From: Nostoc sp.
Lineage (GTDB): Bacteria; Cyanobacteriota; Cyanobacteriia; Cyanobacteriales; Nostocaceae
Length of the DNA: 64,000 nt
Reading direction: 5' to 3' (one strand)
NCBI RefSeq assembly: GCF_036916855.1
Contig: NZ_JBALFE010000029.1
This document shows positions 10,217 through 20,085 of this stretch, in pieces. Both the position numbers and the translations under genes were made by a program. Every line of letters starts with the position of its first letter. The first letter of the stretch is position 1. The notes beneath the pieces were generated by a model, which was not told the DNA's origin, did not search any database, and saw only the letters and a program-made list of their open reading frames with translations.

Positions 10217-11806
10217 ATGGCTATCGGCTACGTCGCGCTTGTACTCCACGCACATCTACCCTTCGTTCGTCACCCGGAAAGTGACTACGTGCTGGAGGAA
10301 GAATGGCTCTATGAAGCCATCACAGAAACCTACATCCCCTTATTGAAAGTATTTGAAGGCTTAAAGCGAGACGGTATCGACTTTAAAATCACGATGAGTA
10401 TGACACCACCTCTAGTGTCGATGCTTCGCGATCCTCTGCTTCAAGAACGCTATGACGCACACTTAACCCAACTAGAAGAACTTATACAACTAGAAGCAGA
10501 ACATAATGTCAATAATGGGCATCTTCGTTATTTAGCCGAACATTACGCTACTGAGTTTAGCGAAGCGCGTCAGCTGTGGGAACGCTACAACGGTGACTTG
10601 GTGACAGCTTTTAAGCAGTTCCAAGACAGTAACAACCTGGAAATCATCACTTGCGGCGCTACTCACGGCTATTTGCCGTTGATGAAAATGTATCCAGAAG
10701 CAGTATGGGCGCAAATTCAGGTAGCTTGCGAACATTACGAGCAAACCTTTGGAAAAGCACCTAGAGGCATTTGGTTGCCGGAATGCGCCTACTATGAAGG
10801 TTTAGATCGGATGCTAGCCGATGCTGGGCTACGCTACTTTCTCACTGATGGGCATGGCATTCTTTACGCCCGTCCGCGTCCGCGCTTTGGCACTTATGCC
10901 CCAATTTATACAGAAACTGGTGTTGCTGTCTTTGGTCGAGATCATGAATCTTCCCAACAGGTATGGTCTTCTGAGGTGGGCTATCCTGGGGCGGCGGAAT
11001 ATCGAGAATTTTACAAAGATTTGGGCTGGGAAGCAGAATATGAGTATATTAAACCCTACATAATGCCCAATGGTCAAAGGAAAAATACTGGTATTAAGTA
11101 TCACAAAATTACTGGACGTGGCTTAGGACTATCAGATAAGGCACTCTACGATCCTTATTGGGCTAAGGAAAAGGCAGCAGAACACGCTGCTAACTTTATG
11201 TATAACCGAGAGCAGCAATCTGAGCATCTCTATGGTATAATGCAGCGTCCACCAATTATCGTTTCGCCTTATGACGCAGAGTTATTTGGACATTGGTGGT
11301 ATGAAGGGCCCTGGTTCATCGATTACCTATTCCGCAAGTCATGGTATGACCAAAAAACATATCAAATGACCCATTTAGCAGACTATTTGCGGGATCAACC
11401 AACTCAGCAAGTCTGTCGTCCTTCGCAGTCGAGTTGGGGTTTCAAGGGTTTTCATGAGTATTGGTTAAATGAAACAAATGCGTGGATTTATCCGCATTTG
11501 CACAAAGCTGCTGAACGGATGATTGAAATCTCGCACCTAGAACCAGAGGATGAGTTGGGGTGGAAAGCGCTTAACCAAGCGGCGCGGGAACTGCTATTAG
11601 CACAATCTTCTGACTGGGCATTTATTATGCGGACGGGAACAATGGTACCCTATGCAGTTAGACGGACGCGATCGCACCTGATGCGTTTCAATAAGCTCTA
11701 CGAAGACGTTAAAATCGGCAAAGTTGACAGTGGTTGGTTGGAAAAAGTCGAGTTAATGGATAATATCTTCCCCGAAATCAACTATCGCGTCTATCGCCCG
11801 CTATAG
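10217..11806 (+). CDS. Glycoside hydrolase family 57 protein (alpha-glucan branching/amylase-like, with DUF1957-type C-terminus)
   Basis: 529 aa. The N-terminus GYVALVLHAHLPFVRHPE, plus WLPECAY and SPYDAELFGHWWYEGP, is the pattern I associate with GH57 enzymes. Confidence 0.85.
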   Translation: MAIGYVALVLHAHLPFVRHPESDYVLEEEWLYEAITETYIPLLKVFEGLKRDGIDFKITMSMTPPLVSMLRDPLLQERYDAHLTQLEELIQLEAEHNVNNGHLRYLAEHYATEFSEARQLWERYNGDLVTAFKQFQDSNNLEIITCGATHGYLPLMKMYPEAVWAQIQVACEHYEQTFGKAPRGIWLPECAYYEGLDRMLADAGLRYFLTDGHGILYARPRPRFGTYAPIYTETGVAVFGRDHESSQQVWSSEVGYPGAAEYREFYKDLGWEAEYEYIKPYIMPNGQRKNTGIKYHKITGRGLGLSDKALYDPYWAKEKAAEHAANFMYNREQQSEHLYGIMQRPPIIVSPYDAELFGHWWYEGPWFIDYLFRKSWYDQKTYQMTHLADYLRDQPTQQVCRPSQSSWGFKGFHEYWLNETNAWIYPHLHKAAERMIEISHLEPEDELGWKALNQAARELLLAQSSDWAFIMRTGTMVPYAVRRTRSHLMRFNKLYEDVKIGKVDSGWLEKVELMDNIFPEINYRVYRPL

Positions 11807-11831
11807 TCTCACAAAAAATAATCAACAGCAG

Positions 11832-11854
11832 TAGGGTGAGCATTGCTCACCCTA
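11832..11854 (+). terminator. Stem-loop downstream of the GH57 gene
   Basis: tagggtgagc-att-gctcacccta forms a 10-bp perfect stem 26 nt after the stop codon. The U-tract is weak (tatatt). Confidence 0.45.
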
Positions 11855-12050
11855 TATTAGTAGTGAGGAGCGTTTATTTTACCAACAACAGAGCAAGCCT
11901 TAGCCTGTGTAAGGGTTTGTCAAATGCTGTCAAATCTTTACAAAGACATCCGTTTATTTCGCTTTGACGACAAAATCGGATAAATTTACATTTTATCTGC
12001 GGATGAACTGCAAATTATTATTTATCGCAATGGCGAATGGGAGTTTGTCA

Positions 12051-12248
12051 ATGAACCCGAATTATGAGCAGATGAGTTTTACAGAGTTGAGAGCTTATGT
12101 TGTAGAAAACCATGAAGATATTGAAGCTCTACGTTTTTTAATGAGCAAACGCGATCCTAATTCTCCAAAGTATCCCATGCCTGTGACAGAAGCTGATATG
12201 CAAGCCCAGATGGAAATCATCAGGCGCAAGATTAATGGAGAACTTTGA
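12051..12248 (+). CDS. Small conserved-looking hypothetical protein (65 aa)
   Basis: I chose the start at MNPNYEQMSFTELRAYVVENHEDIEALRFLMSKRDPNSPKYP. The longer track ORF (from 11964) has an implausible leader. The family assignment comes from memory only. Confidence 0.5.
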   Translation: MNPNYEQMSFTELRAYVVENHEDIEALRFLMSKRDPNSPKYPMPVTEADMQAQMEIIRRKINGEL

Positions 12249-12331
12249 GATTATTGTCTAGCTTCAGTAAGCATAATTAAGGTGGGTAAATCATACTTAC
12301 CCTATTATTTTATTAACACTGCCGGATTTAA

Positions 12332-13018
12332 CTAAAGGCTATCTGGATCAATATTTAATTCTCGGAGTTTAGCAGCTAATCTTTGCGCTTTCTCTTCTGC
12401 GGCTTGTCGTGCAGCTGCTTCCTCTTCATGAGTTAACAGTATTTGACCTGTAGCTGGATTGTAAAAACGTAGTTTTCCTGCTTCCAGGCGTAACTCTAGC
12501 CCCAAAACTTCACTGGGTATAGATACTGTACCATCTGGCAGGGTATTGGCTGCCACTGGGAAATAATTCCCATCGACCAAGTGTAAACCCTGGAGTTGGG
12601 GATTGAGATAATCGCCTGTAGGATCGTATTGGAAATATTCACGCACTCCCAGAAAGGCGTAAATTCCTTTCTTTGCACCTTGATCTTTGCTACGGGTGGT
12701 TTTTGAGGTGATCTCTAGAACAAAATCTGGGGTTTGATTATTTTCTTCCCAGGTTTTGTAAGAGCGTCTGTCACAGTTTTCCACTCCAAACACCACAAAT
12801 ACATCTGGAGCGACAACTGATTCTGGATAACCTTTTTCGTAATAAATAAATAGATTACCAGCGACGTATACATCTGGGTGATTTTGAAAATAAATTTCCA
12901 GCACAGTGCTAGCGTATACGAGACACTTGCGCTGTAAATCACCTTCAGCCATTGGCTTACCATCCTCATCTGGGTACTCAATCGGGGTAATGGGGATATA
13001 CTCTACTGAGGCTGTCAT
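12332..13018 (-). CDS. Uma2-family (DUF820) putative PD-(D/E)xK endonuclease
   Basis: 228 aa. YPDEDGKPMAEG near the N-terminus, then VAPDVFVVFGV...PDFVLEITSKTT...KKGIYAFLGVREYFQYDP, and a charged helical tail. Confidence 0.85.
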   Translation of the reverse strand: MTASVEYIPITPIEYPDEDGKPMAEGDLQRKCLVYASTVLEIYFQNHPDVYVAGNLFIYYEKGYPESVVAPDVFVVFGVENCDRRSYKTWEENNQTPDFVLEITSKTTRSKDQGAKKGIYAFLGVREYFQYDPTGDYLNPQLQGLHLVDGNYFPVAANTLPDGTVSIPSEVLGLELRLEAGKLRFYNPATGQILLTHEEEAAARQAAEEKAQRLAAKLRELNIDPDSL

Positions 13019-13138
13019 GGGTAGTACCTCAACTCAACTAGGGCTAGATTAAATTTAGCATCTGAATTCTTTAGTCAAATAAAAAGTGAACCAGATTTAT
13101 TATGTTGCTCTAAGTTTAGTTCTAGCACTGGAGAAAAA

Positions 13139-13747
13139 ATGCACTTTTCTGCTTTAGTGATAATGCCATTAGATACAGAGAATATCGAAACCAAAGTAAG
13201 AGAAATTTTAAGTTCCTACAACGAAAATATAGAAGTTGAACCTTACAGAGAATACTTGAACTATGAGGAACTAGAAAAGGAGATAAAACGCCTTGAAACT
13301 TTTCCCCTAGACAAGATTGAAAAGATGGCAGCAGACTGGGAAGTTTGTAGTAATGATTTTGAAACTTTAGCCAAAATAGAGTTGGAATGGTTTGAAGATG
13401 AAGTAGATGGCATTGACGAAAAAGGCGAATATAAAATATTAACTTATAATCCTCAAGGGAAGTGGGATTGGTATCATTTTATAGAATTTGAACCTGTAGA
13501 ATCAGGAACACCTATACCCTATCCGTGTCGGGTTGCTGATTTACCTCAAGTAGTACCGTATGCGATTGTAACTCCCAATAGTGAATGGTATGAATTGGGC
13601 GTAGATGCAGGGATAAAAGCCTTTGCAAATACGTTAAAGGGAAATCAGATCGTCAGTGACGAAGAAGCTGAGTGGCAACTTAAAGTTCAGGAAATTCTGG
13701 CGCACTATTCAGATTACCTTTGTGTTGCTTTAATGTGCCACAGATAA
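13139..13747 (+). CDS. Hypothetical protein (202 aa)
   Basis: ATG preceded by ggagaaaaaa. Acidic protein with a YNPQGKWDWYHF motif. I recognise no catalytic motifs. Confidence 0.55.
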   Translation: MHFSALVIMPLDTENIETKVREILSSYNENIEVEPYREYLNYEELEKEIKRLETFPLDKIEKMAADWEVCSNDFETLAKIELEWFEDEVDGIDEKGEYKILTYNPQGKWDWYHFIEFEPVESGTPIPYPCRVADLPQVVPYAIVTPNSEWYELGVDAGIKAFANTLKGNQIVSDEEAEWQLKVQEILAHYSDYLCVALMCHR

Positions 13748-13761
13748 TTTTCTTAGTACAG

Positions 13762-14100
13762 CTAACTAACCAAAACCCGATCGCCATGACTTGGAGGCTG
13801 TGAAATCACCAAAAATTCTAAATCAGAGTCACTTTCATTGAGCATCTGATGAGGAACATTAGGCGGAACTTCTACACCTTCATGTTGAGAAAGCACTTGG
13901 CGAAAACCATCGATTTCTAAGGTTGCCTTTCCAGATAAGATAAAGAAAAACTGGTGCGATTGCTGGTGATAGTGTCTAACTTCTGAGGTTCTTGGTGGCA
14001 TCATTTCTTGAATCACACTTAACTCTGGTTGTTTAACAAGATGCCAACCATGACAGTCATTACCCCATAAATAATGCTCGGCAGTTTCTTTGTTAATCAT
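13762..14100 (-). CDS. Cupin-domain protein
   Basis: 112 aa. The two cupin motifs are spaced as expected: HYHQQSHQFFFILSGKATLEIDG ... VPPNVPHQMLN. Confidence 0.8.
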   Translation of the reverse strand: MINKETAEHYLWGNDCHGWHLVKQPELSVIQEMMPPRTSEVRHYHQQSHQFFFILSGKATLEIDGFRQVLSQHEGVEVPPNVPHQMLNESDSDLEFLVISQPPSHGDRVLVS

Positions 14101-14154
14101 TTGCTGTGAGCTTCAAGTCTTGAGGATAAAAAAATCTGCCATATATTACAAGCT

Positions 14155-14505
14155 TTACAACTTTATTTTCGCTTTGAACTGAGCGTAAAACTCTTTGGGA
14201 GCCTTATCGAAATACTTAAATAGAGCAGGGCAGAGCCATCCTTCTCGAGCTAAATCTGCACTGTAATACCAGTTACCTCCATATTCTTCACGCCGCCAGT
14301 CAAACTTGATCTGATAGCCAGGAAAGGGAGATGCAGAAAATACCAAACTGAACCCTGACTCTGCATCTGGAATCTGTGCCACCATTCTTTCGATAATCTC
14401 GTCTGCCCCTGCCACGAAAGGCTCTCGAACTAGACCTACATTTCCATCGTCAAACACCCACATCTCACCGAACTTATAGGGATGAATAACCATGATTGAG
14501 TTCAT
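14155..14505 (-). CDS. Hypothetical protein (116 aa)
   Basis: Clean ORF with no overlaps and compact globular-looking composition (MVIHPYKFGEMWVFDD...GGNWYYSADL). Function unknown. Confidence 0.6.
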   Translation of the reverse strand: MNSIMVIHPYKFGEMWVFDDGNVGLVREPFVAGADEIIERMVAQIPDAESGFSLVFSASPFPGYQIKFDWRREEYGGNWYYSADLAREGWLCPALFKYFDKAPKEFYAQFKAKIKL

Positions 14506-14617
14506 AAAGTTTACTAGCAGTTAATAGCGTTCCATTTTAATAATGATACAAATACGTTGGTAGGCGTACAGCAATTTGTATAAGTCCCAAATTTCTAAAT
14601 TTAGTGTAACTAACATT

Positions 14618-14642
14618 AAAAAAGACAGGCAAGATGCCTGTC
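14618..14642 (-). terminator. Rho-independent terminator of petCA
   Basis: On the minus strand, gacaggca-tct-tgcctgtc forms an 8-bp stem followed directly by TTTTTT, about 27 nt after the petA stop. Confidence 0.75.
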
Positions 14643-14668
14643 CTACAAGTAATGATTTAGCAAAGAAT

Positions 14669-15670
14669 TTAGAAATTCATCTCAGCAGCTTGAACTTTTT
14701 CAACCTGCTTCTTCTTCAGCACCAGCATAACTTGGGCTAACATTACAAGAGCGATGAACGCAATCATCCATTTGACTCTGGAAGCGTCTTGCAGTACGAT
14801 TTCTCCATCTGCTTGACCGAATCCACCGACATTCGGGTTGCTGGTTAAAGCATCACCAGTCTTAACTGCTTGCCCTTCGGAAACAACCAATTCTGGCCCT
14901 AAAGGAATCGTATCAACAACAACATCACCAGATTCAGGTTGGATGTTGACTAGATATTTAACGTTACCGTCTCCATCTTCCTCTTTGGCAATCTTGGTAA
15001 TTGTGCCAGTAGCGGAAGCATTGTAAACAGTGTTATTGCTCTTTTCGCCTGTGGGATAAACTTGTCCGCGTCCCCGATTACCACCTACGTGAACTGAATA
15101 TTTACCGAAGTGGATGTTTTTGTCGGTTGCGGGGTTGGGAGAAAGAACTGGGAAGACGATTTCCTGATACTGTTCACCGGGTAAAGGGCCGACGATGACG
15201 ACGTTATCTTTGTCTTCGCTGTAGGGTTGGTAGAATGTGTCGCCAACTTCTTCTTTAAGTTCTTCGGAAAGACGGTCTTCAGGAGCAATCTTAAAGCCTT
15301 CGGGTAGCATTAGTACTGCACCGACGTTCAAGCCAACCTTAGAACCATCAGCACCAACTTGCTGGGCACTGAGATCGTAAGGGATTTTCACCACAGCTTT
15401 GAATACAGTGTCAGGTAGCACCGATTGGGGAACTTCCACTTCTGTAACCTTGGCCGCTAGGTGACAGTTGGCACAAACAATTCGCCCTGTTGGTTCGCGG
15501 GGGGTTTCGGGATAGGTTTGCTGTGCCCAAAAGGGATAGGCGGCAGCTGATTGGGGAAGGGCTAGATCGCTGGTGAAGTAAAATGTCACGGTGGCGATCG
15601 CTATGAGCAATGTTTTTACAATCGCTCTAGCACTGCGAGTTAACCTCGCTGTTAGGAAAACATTTCTCAT
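14669..15670 (-). CDS. petA: Cytochrome f (apocytochrome f precursor)
   Basis: The mature N-terminus YPFWAQQ follows a signal peptide. Heme motif CANCH and a C-terminal TM anchor are present. I moved the start to MRNVF (15670) because the upstream 10 codons are STRR repeat. Confidence 0.95.
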   Translation of the reverse strand: MRNVFLTARLTRSARAIVKTLLIAIATVTFYFTSDLALPQSAAAYPFWAQQTYPETPREPTGRIVCANCHLAAKVTEVEVPQSVLPDTVFKAVVKIPYDLSAQQVGADGSKVGLNVGAVLMLPEGFKIAPEDRLSEELKEEVGDTFYQPYSEDKDNVVIVGPLPGEQYQEIVFPVLSPNPATDKNIHFGKYSVHVGGNRGRGQVYPTGEKSNNTVYNASATGTITKIAKEEDGDGNVKYLVNIQPESGDVVVDTIPLGPELVVSEGQAVKTGDALTSNPNVGGFGQADGEIVLQDASRVKWMIAFIALVMLAQVMLVLKKKQVEKVQAAEMNF

Positions 15671-15692
15671 CTCTATAAGGGCGACAATTGAA

Positions 15693-15769
15693 TTAGTCAT
15701 TAGTCATTGGTCATTAGTCATTAGTCATTAAGCCCTGAACGAAGGACAAATGACTAAGGACTAATGACA
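15693..15769. repeat. STRR-type heptamer tract forming an imperfect inverted repeat in the petC-petA intercistronic spacer
   Basis: (TAGTCAT/TGGTCAT) x5 at 15693-15730 faces acaaatgactaaggactaatgaca at 15744-15769. Confidence 0.8.
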
Positions 15770-15775
15770 AAATTA

Positions 15776-16315
15776 TTAACTCCACCAAGGTGCATCACCG
15801 GTGCGGAAGTCGGTTTCAGTCCAAGGGGTTAAAACGATCTTGTCGTCATTGACGCTGGTATGGGCTAAAGCCAGAGACAGAGGTGCTGGTCCCCGAACAA
15901 CTTTACCAGTTTCGTCATACTGGGAACCATGACAAGGACACTTGAATTTGTTCTCAGCAACGTTCCAGGGGACGACACAACCTAAGTGGGTGCAGATGGC
16001 GTTAATGCCATAATCTTTGATCGCCTCTTTGCTTTCTACCACAATATAGGTAGGATCTCCCTTAAGTCCTTGGACTAGGCTGCGATCGCCTGGATTCCGG
16101 TTTTCTAGAAATTTAGTGACACTAACATCGTTACCTAGCTCGTCTTTTGCCGTTGTACCACCACCAGCACCACCAGCAGCAGGTGGAATAAAGTACTTGA
16201 CAACGGGATACAATGCACCCAGAGCCACTCCAGTGACAGTCCCAAAAGTGAGCAGATTCATGAACTGACGACGACCCATATCGGGCACGTCTGCTGATTC
16301 AGAAAATTGAGCCAT
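15776..16315 (-). CDS. petC: Cytochrome b6f Rieske iron-sulfur subunit
   Basis: 179 aa. N-terminal TM segment ([11 protein letters not shown]) and Rieske boxes CTHLGCVV and CPCHGSQY. It is directly upstream of petA. Confidence 0.95.
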   Translation of the reverse strand: MAQFSESADVPDMGRRQFMNLLTFGTVTGVALGALYPVVKYFIPPAAGGAGGGTTAKDELGNDVSVTKFLENRNPGDRSLVQGLKGDPTYIVVESKEAIKDYGINAICTHLGCVVPWNVAENKFKCPCHGSQYDETGKVVRGPAPLSLALAHTSVNDDKIVLTPWTETDFRTGDAPWWS

Positions 16316-16544
16316 AATCTACGCGCTCTTTGTGTATTTTGTTAAGCATTTTGACAAAAGTACTAGTACTTGAGGAACTCTTGTCTAAGTCGAAATGCTA
16401 GCGCTCACAACGATGCCATACTTCTTTGTTCCAAGATATATTTAGCATCTTTTCTGTTAGCATTACATTTCTTTATATCCTTATCATACTGGAGTCACGG
16501 AACTTAACATCATAACTAAATGTAAAATCTGATTGAGAAAAGCT

Positions 16545-16853
16545 ATGACAGGACAGGAATTACGCCAGATGTTGCTTGAGAAGTGGGGATATTCTTACGA
16601 TGTCCAGTTCCGGCGGGCACAGGGAAAGATATTTTTGCAAGTAATGTGGAAATATCTGGAGCAAGCTTCTTTTCCCTTGAGCGAGGCTGAGTACCAAGAG
16701 CATCTTGATAGCATTGCCAATTATCTTCATGCCTTGGGTGGGTCAACACAGGTACAAACTTTTATTGCCCAAACACGCGATCGCCCCCGGCTCGGTAAGG
16801 CTGTTAGCATTCCTCTAGATTTGGGTGAACGCTCTTCAGAATGGATATTATGA
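16545..16853 (+). CDS. Conserved cyanobacterial/plastid-type hypothetical protein (DUF3067-like)
   Basis: Start chosen at MTGQELRQMLLEKWGYSYDVQFRR...IFLQVMWKYLEQASFPL. The DUF assignment is from memory. Confidence 0.7.
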   Translation: MTGQELRQMLLEKWGYSYDVQFRRAQGKIFLQVMWKYLEQASFPLSEAEYQEHLDSIANYLHALGGSTQVQTFIAQTRDRPRLGKAVSIPLDLGERSSEWIL

Positions 16854-16925
16854 CACGCTATTGCATTAACATGAATAAAATTCTGAGTAATTACAGTATT
16901 TTTGATCCAAAAATACCATAACGTG

Positions 16926-17261
16926 CTATAGAATTCTTTTGCCGACTGCTACATCTCTATCTGGCTGAATTAATACAACTTCTCCATCGTCTAGAACTAC
17001 TCCCAAGACTAAAACTTCTGAGATAAAATCGGCAATTTGACGAGGTGGAAAGTTAGTAACAGCTAATATTAATCTGTTGATTAATTCCTCTTGCTCATAA
17101 AGTTTAGTAATTTGGGCACTAGATTTTTTAATGCCCAAACTGCCAAAATTTATCCATAATTTATAAGCTGGTTTTTTAGCTTTAGGAAATTCTTCGACTT
17201 TGATGACTTTGCCAACATGAATCTCAACTTTTTCAAAGTCATCATAACTAACTTGTCTCAT
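16926..17261 (-). CDS. tRNA-binding domain protein (CsaA/EMAP-like)
   Basis: 111 aa. VEIHVGKVIKVEEFPKAKKPAYKLWINFG...SAQIT...GVVL is the OB-fold tRNA-binding domain pattern. Confidence 0.85.
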   Translation of the reverse strand: MRQVSYDDFEKVEIHVGKVIKVEEFPKAKKPAYKLWINFGSLGIKKSSAQITKLYEQEELINRLILAVTNFPPRQIADFISEVLVLGVVLDDGEVVLIQPDRDVAVGKRIL

Positions 17262-17305
17262 TTACTTGGAAGATGAGATTTTTTGTAATTGGAGCAATGC
17301 GACGA

Positions 17306-18121
17306 TCATTTACCTGTGAGTTTCACCAGTCCAACACCACCGAAATAAAGCCCTAAAACTGCTCCTGCTAAAAGACTTTGAGTCAGGGGGTCAGTAGAAG
17401 GTGTAAGAACAGCTCCTAAAACTACTGCTCCCATAATCACGTAACGCCAACCAGAAACCATCCGTTCTGACGAGACAATATTCAAGTTACCAAGCAACAG
17501 TTGGATGATGGGAATTTGAAATGCTAAACCAGTGCTGAATAACAGTAGCAGCACAAATTCAAAATATTTATCAATTGACCAAAGTTGTTCAACTACATCT
17601 GCTCCGTAGCTGATGAAAAATTTCAAAGCTGCGGGGATAAGGAGTAAATAGGCAAATACTAACCCCGCCGCAAATAGCACACTCGAACCCAAAACCACAG
17701 GCCCCAATAAACGGCGTTCGCGGCGAGTTAGTCCTGGAAGCACAAACTGGATAATCTGGTAAAGAATGAAAGGACTAGTAAGTACAAAGCCAGTGTAGGC
17801 TGCCACTTTGAGGGAGACAAAGAAATACTCTCCGGGTGCAAGTTGGAGAAATTTTACTCCTTGTGCTGGAACCTCAAGTAGTTGGACAATTGGCTTAACG
17901 GCAAAGAAACAGCCAATAATACCCACCGCTACGGCAATCAGCGAATAAAAAATTCGCAGCCGCAACTCTTCTAGGTGGTCGAAAAGGGACATTTCGACTT
18001 CACCTGGCAACTCATCAAGAGGATCGGTGTCTGAGTTGCCATATTCTTCTGGGTCGATGTTGGGAACGTTTACAGTATCTACGTCTTGTGAAGGCGTCAC
18101 GTCGCTTCGCTCCGAATTCAA
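17306..18121 (-). CDS. tatC: Twin-arginine translocase subunit TatC
   Basis: 271 aa. [15 protein letters not shown] signature and six TM segments. The acidic N-terminal extension begins at a TTG; a GTG at 18103 is an alternative start. Confidence 0.9.
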   Translation of the reverse strand: MNSERSDVTPSQDVDTVNVPNIDPEEYGNSDTDPLDELPGEVEMSLFDHLEELRLRIFYSLIAVAVGIIGCFFAVKPIVQLLEVPAQGVKFLQLAPGEYFFVSLKVAAYTGFVLTSPFILYQIIQFVLPGLTRRERRLLGPVVLGSSVLFAAGLVFAYLLLIPAALKFFISYGADVVEQLWSIDKYFEFVLLLLFSTGLAFQIPIIQLLLGNLNIVSSERMVSGWRYVIMGAVVLGAVLTPSTDPLTQSLLAGAVLGLYFGGVGLVKLTGK

Positions 18122-18793
18122 AATTCAAAATTCAAAATTAACAATCCCATAAATAAATTTAGGGGCTTGTATCATGAGTCTTTGTAGGTCATCGACCATT
18201 TCGGTGACTCAGCACTCTTCATTATTTTATCTGGGGAATGTAGCTACCCAAGATATGTTTTTGGGTGTTATGGGTTTTTGTCCTGTTTTTTGGGATTGCA
18301 TCTGCATAAGTTAGTAGGAAGCCATCTTGTAGGCAATGCCTAACCTAAAAAAGGGTGGAACCGATAATTTAGAAATTACGTCTCTGCGGCTAGTAGCGCT
18401 GAGTAAATTCACACAACATCAAGATATAATACTCAGTTTTGAAAATCCGGTTCATCAAGGTGGCATCTATACATAGCGTAATCGGAAATTTTTAGCTGAG
18501 GTTGGGTATGAACCGGACAATTTGCATTGCCCTGATGGCATTGCCTGTTTATTTATACAATGTTGACTTAGGCAATACTTCTAGTAGTGACGTGCCAATT
18601 GTCAAAAACCAGTTTCCCATAATAGCTACTCTAATTGCTTACAGTACAAATGCTCAGTCACATATCTTGCCGTGGCAAATATCGGCTAGAGATGACCAAA
18701 CCGAAGATTGCCTTCGTGCTGGCATTTGCAAGGATTGATAAGAGGAGGCAGGAGGCAGAAGGCAGAAGGCAGTCCCATCATAAAAGAAAATTA

Positions 18794-19651
18794 ATGGTTG
18801 CAGAAAATCAACGTACAGTAGTGGTTACGGGAGCCTCAACAGGAATTGGTCAGGCGTGTGCTTTGCTTTTAGACCAGTTGGGCTTCTCTGTTTTTGCTGG
18901 CGTGCGTCAAGATATCGATGCTCAAACACTTAAACAGAAAGGTTCACAAAGGCTCATTCCGATTTTTTTAGATGTTACTGATGCTGAGTCGATCGCATCT
19001 GCGGTTGATACGGTAACAAATACAGTCGGTGGTGCGGGGATTTTAGGTTTAGTGAATAATGCCGGAATTGCTGTCCCTGGTCCGTTAGAATTATTAGCGA
19101 TCGCAGAATTTCAACACCAGATGCAGGTTAATGTCACCGGACAATTAGCAGTGACACAAGCATTTCTTGGTCTATTACGCCAGAGTCGGGGTCGAATTGT
19201 CAATATGGGTTCCATTGCTGGTAGAAGTCCAGCGCCGTTTCTAGGAGCTTACAATGTGTCAAAATTTGCGCTGGAAGCACTCACTGATGTGATGCGGATG
19301 GAATTACGACCTTGGGGAATTTCAGTTTCCATTATCGAACCTGGTTCTATTGCTACTCCAATCTGGGAAAAGTCCCTAAGTCAATCGGAAATAGCACAGC
19401 AGGATCTACCACAATCCGCACAAAATCTCTACGGACAAGCGATGAATATTGTCCGTAAGAAAATGCAAATTCTCGCATCTAAGGGAATTTCTGCGGATAT
19501 TGTCGCTCAGGCTGTTGTCCATGCGCTGACTGCAAAGCAGCCAAAGACACGCTATCTGGTGGGACAAGATGCCAAAATTGGAGCTGTGCTGAAGCATATT
19601 TTGCCTGATAAGCTGCATGACCGAATAATTTTATACTCAATGGGTTTATAG
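18794..19651 (+). CDS. Short-chain dehydrogenase/reductase (classical SDR)
   Basis: TGASTGIG cofactor motif, NNAG, and catalytic YNVSK. I moved the start to MVAENQ (18794) because the upstream track codons run through a ggcagaaggcag repeat. Confidence 0.88.
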   Translation: MVAENQRTVVVTGASTGIGQACALLLDQLGFSVFAGVRQDIDAQTLKQKGSQRLIPIFLDVTDAESIASAVDTVTNTVGGAGILGLVNNAGIAVPGPLELLAIAEFQHQMQVNVTGQLAVTQAFLGLLRQSRGRIVNMGSIAGRSPAPFLGAYNVSKFALEALTDVMRMELRPWGISVSIIEPGSIATPIWEKSLSQSEIAQQDLPQSAQNLYGQAMNIVRKKMQILASKGISADIVAQAVVHALTAKQPKTRYLVGQDAKIGAVLKHILPDKLHDRIILYSMGL

Positions 19652-19787
19652 ATTACTTCCCGATCAGATCACCAGTACAGCACGGCGTAAATCCAGCTAC
19701 CATCTCAAAACAAGGGGCTTAAGCCCCCTTGTTAAAGATATAAAAATCGCTGTCACAGAATTTCATAATTCAAGAACACTACAAAAT

Positions 19788-19830
19788 TGTACTTAACAGT
19801 ACCTTTTTTTGCGTTGGATATTTTTAATAT
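19788..19830 (+). promoter_or_regulatory. Candidate NtcA-activated (class II) promoter upstream of the ATPase/giant-STAND operon
   Basis: TGTA-cttaacag-TACc (GTA-N8-TAC at 19789-19802) with a TAN3T box, taatat, at 19825-19830. That is 22 nt downstream, the spacing seen in canonical NtcA promoters. It is the only gene-proximal site of this form that I noticed. Confidence 0.35.
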
Positions 19831-20085
19831 TCATAAGAGTACCTTATTTAATATTAGAGATTTTTGCTATTTGTACTTATAGTAGTATTTCTGCTTACTT
19901 AAAATCAAATATCAGCATTGCTATGTGTTATATCCAACCTAAGATATGAACAATTATCCGGAATGCTGTTAATTTAGTTAGTAGTTTGAGTGATATGTAC
20001 TTAAATTAAGGGGTAAATTCCCTAAAATCAATATATTTATTCAGCAGATTTTGTCATCCCCATTCCTGAGTGAACTTGATTAGTT

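Noticed and set aside
15671-15700. Longer N-termini offered by the ORF track for petA (15700), pyk (48086), metX (55391), SDR (18635), MocR (61786), Uma2 (28063), ATP-grasp (31249), KamA (29527), MATE (33825), metY (54022) and DUF3067 (16533)
   Set aside because: In each case the extra codons run through intergenic repeats or start at TTG/GTG, and an internal ATG restores the canonical family N-terminus. I trimmed the coordinates accordingly.
18502-18738. 78-aa ORF in the tatC-SDR spacer
   Set aside because: It starts at a non-ATG codon, has no Shine-Dalgarno sequence or recognisable motif, and is overlapped by the spurious upstream extension of the SDR ORF.
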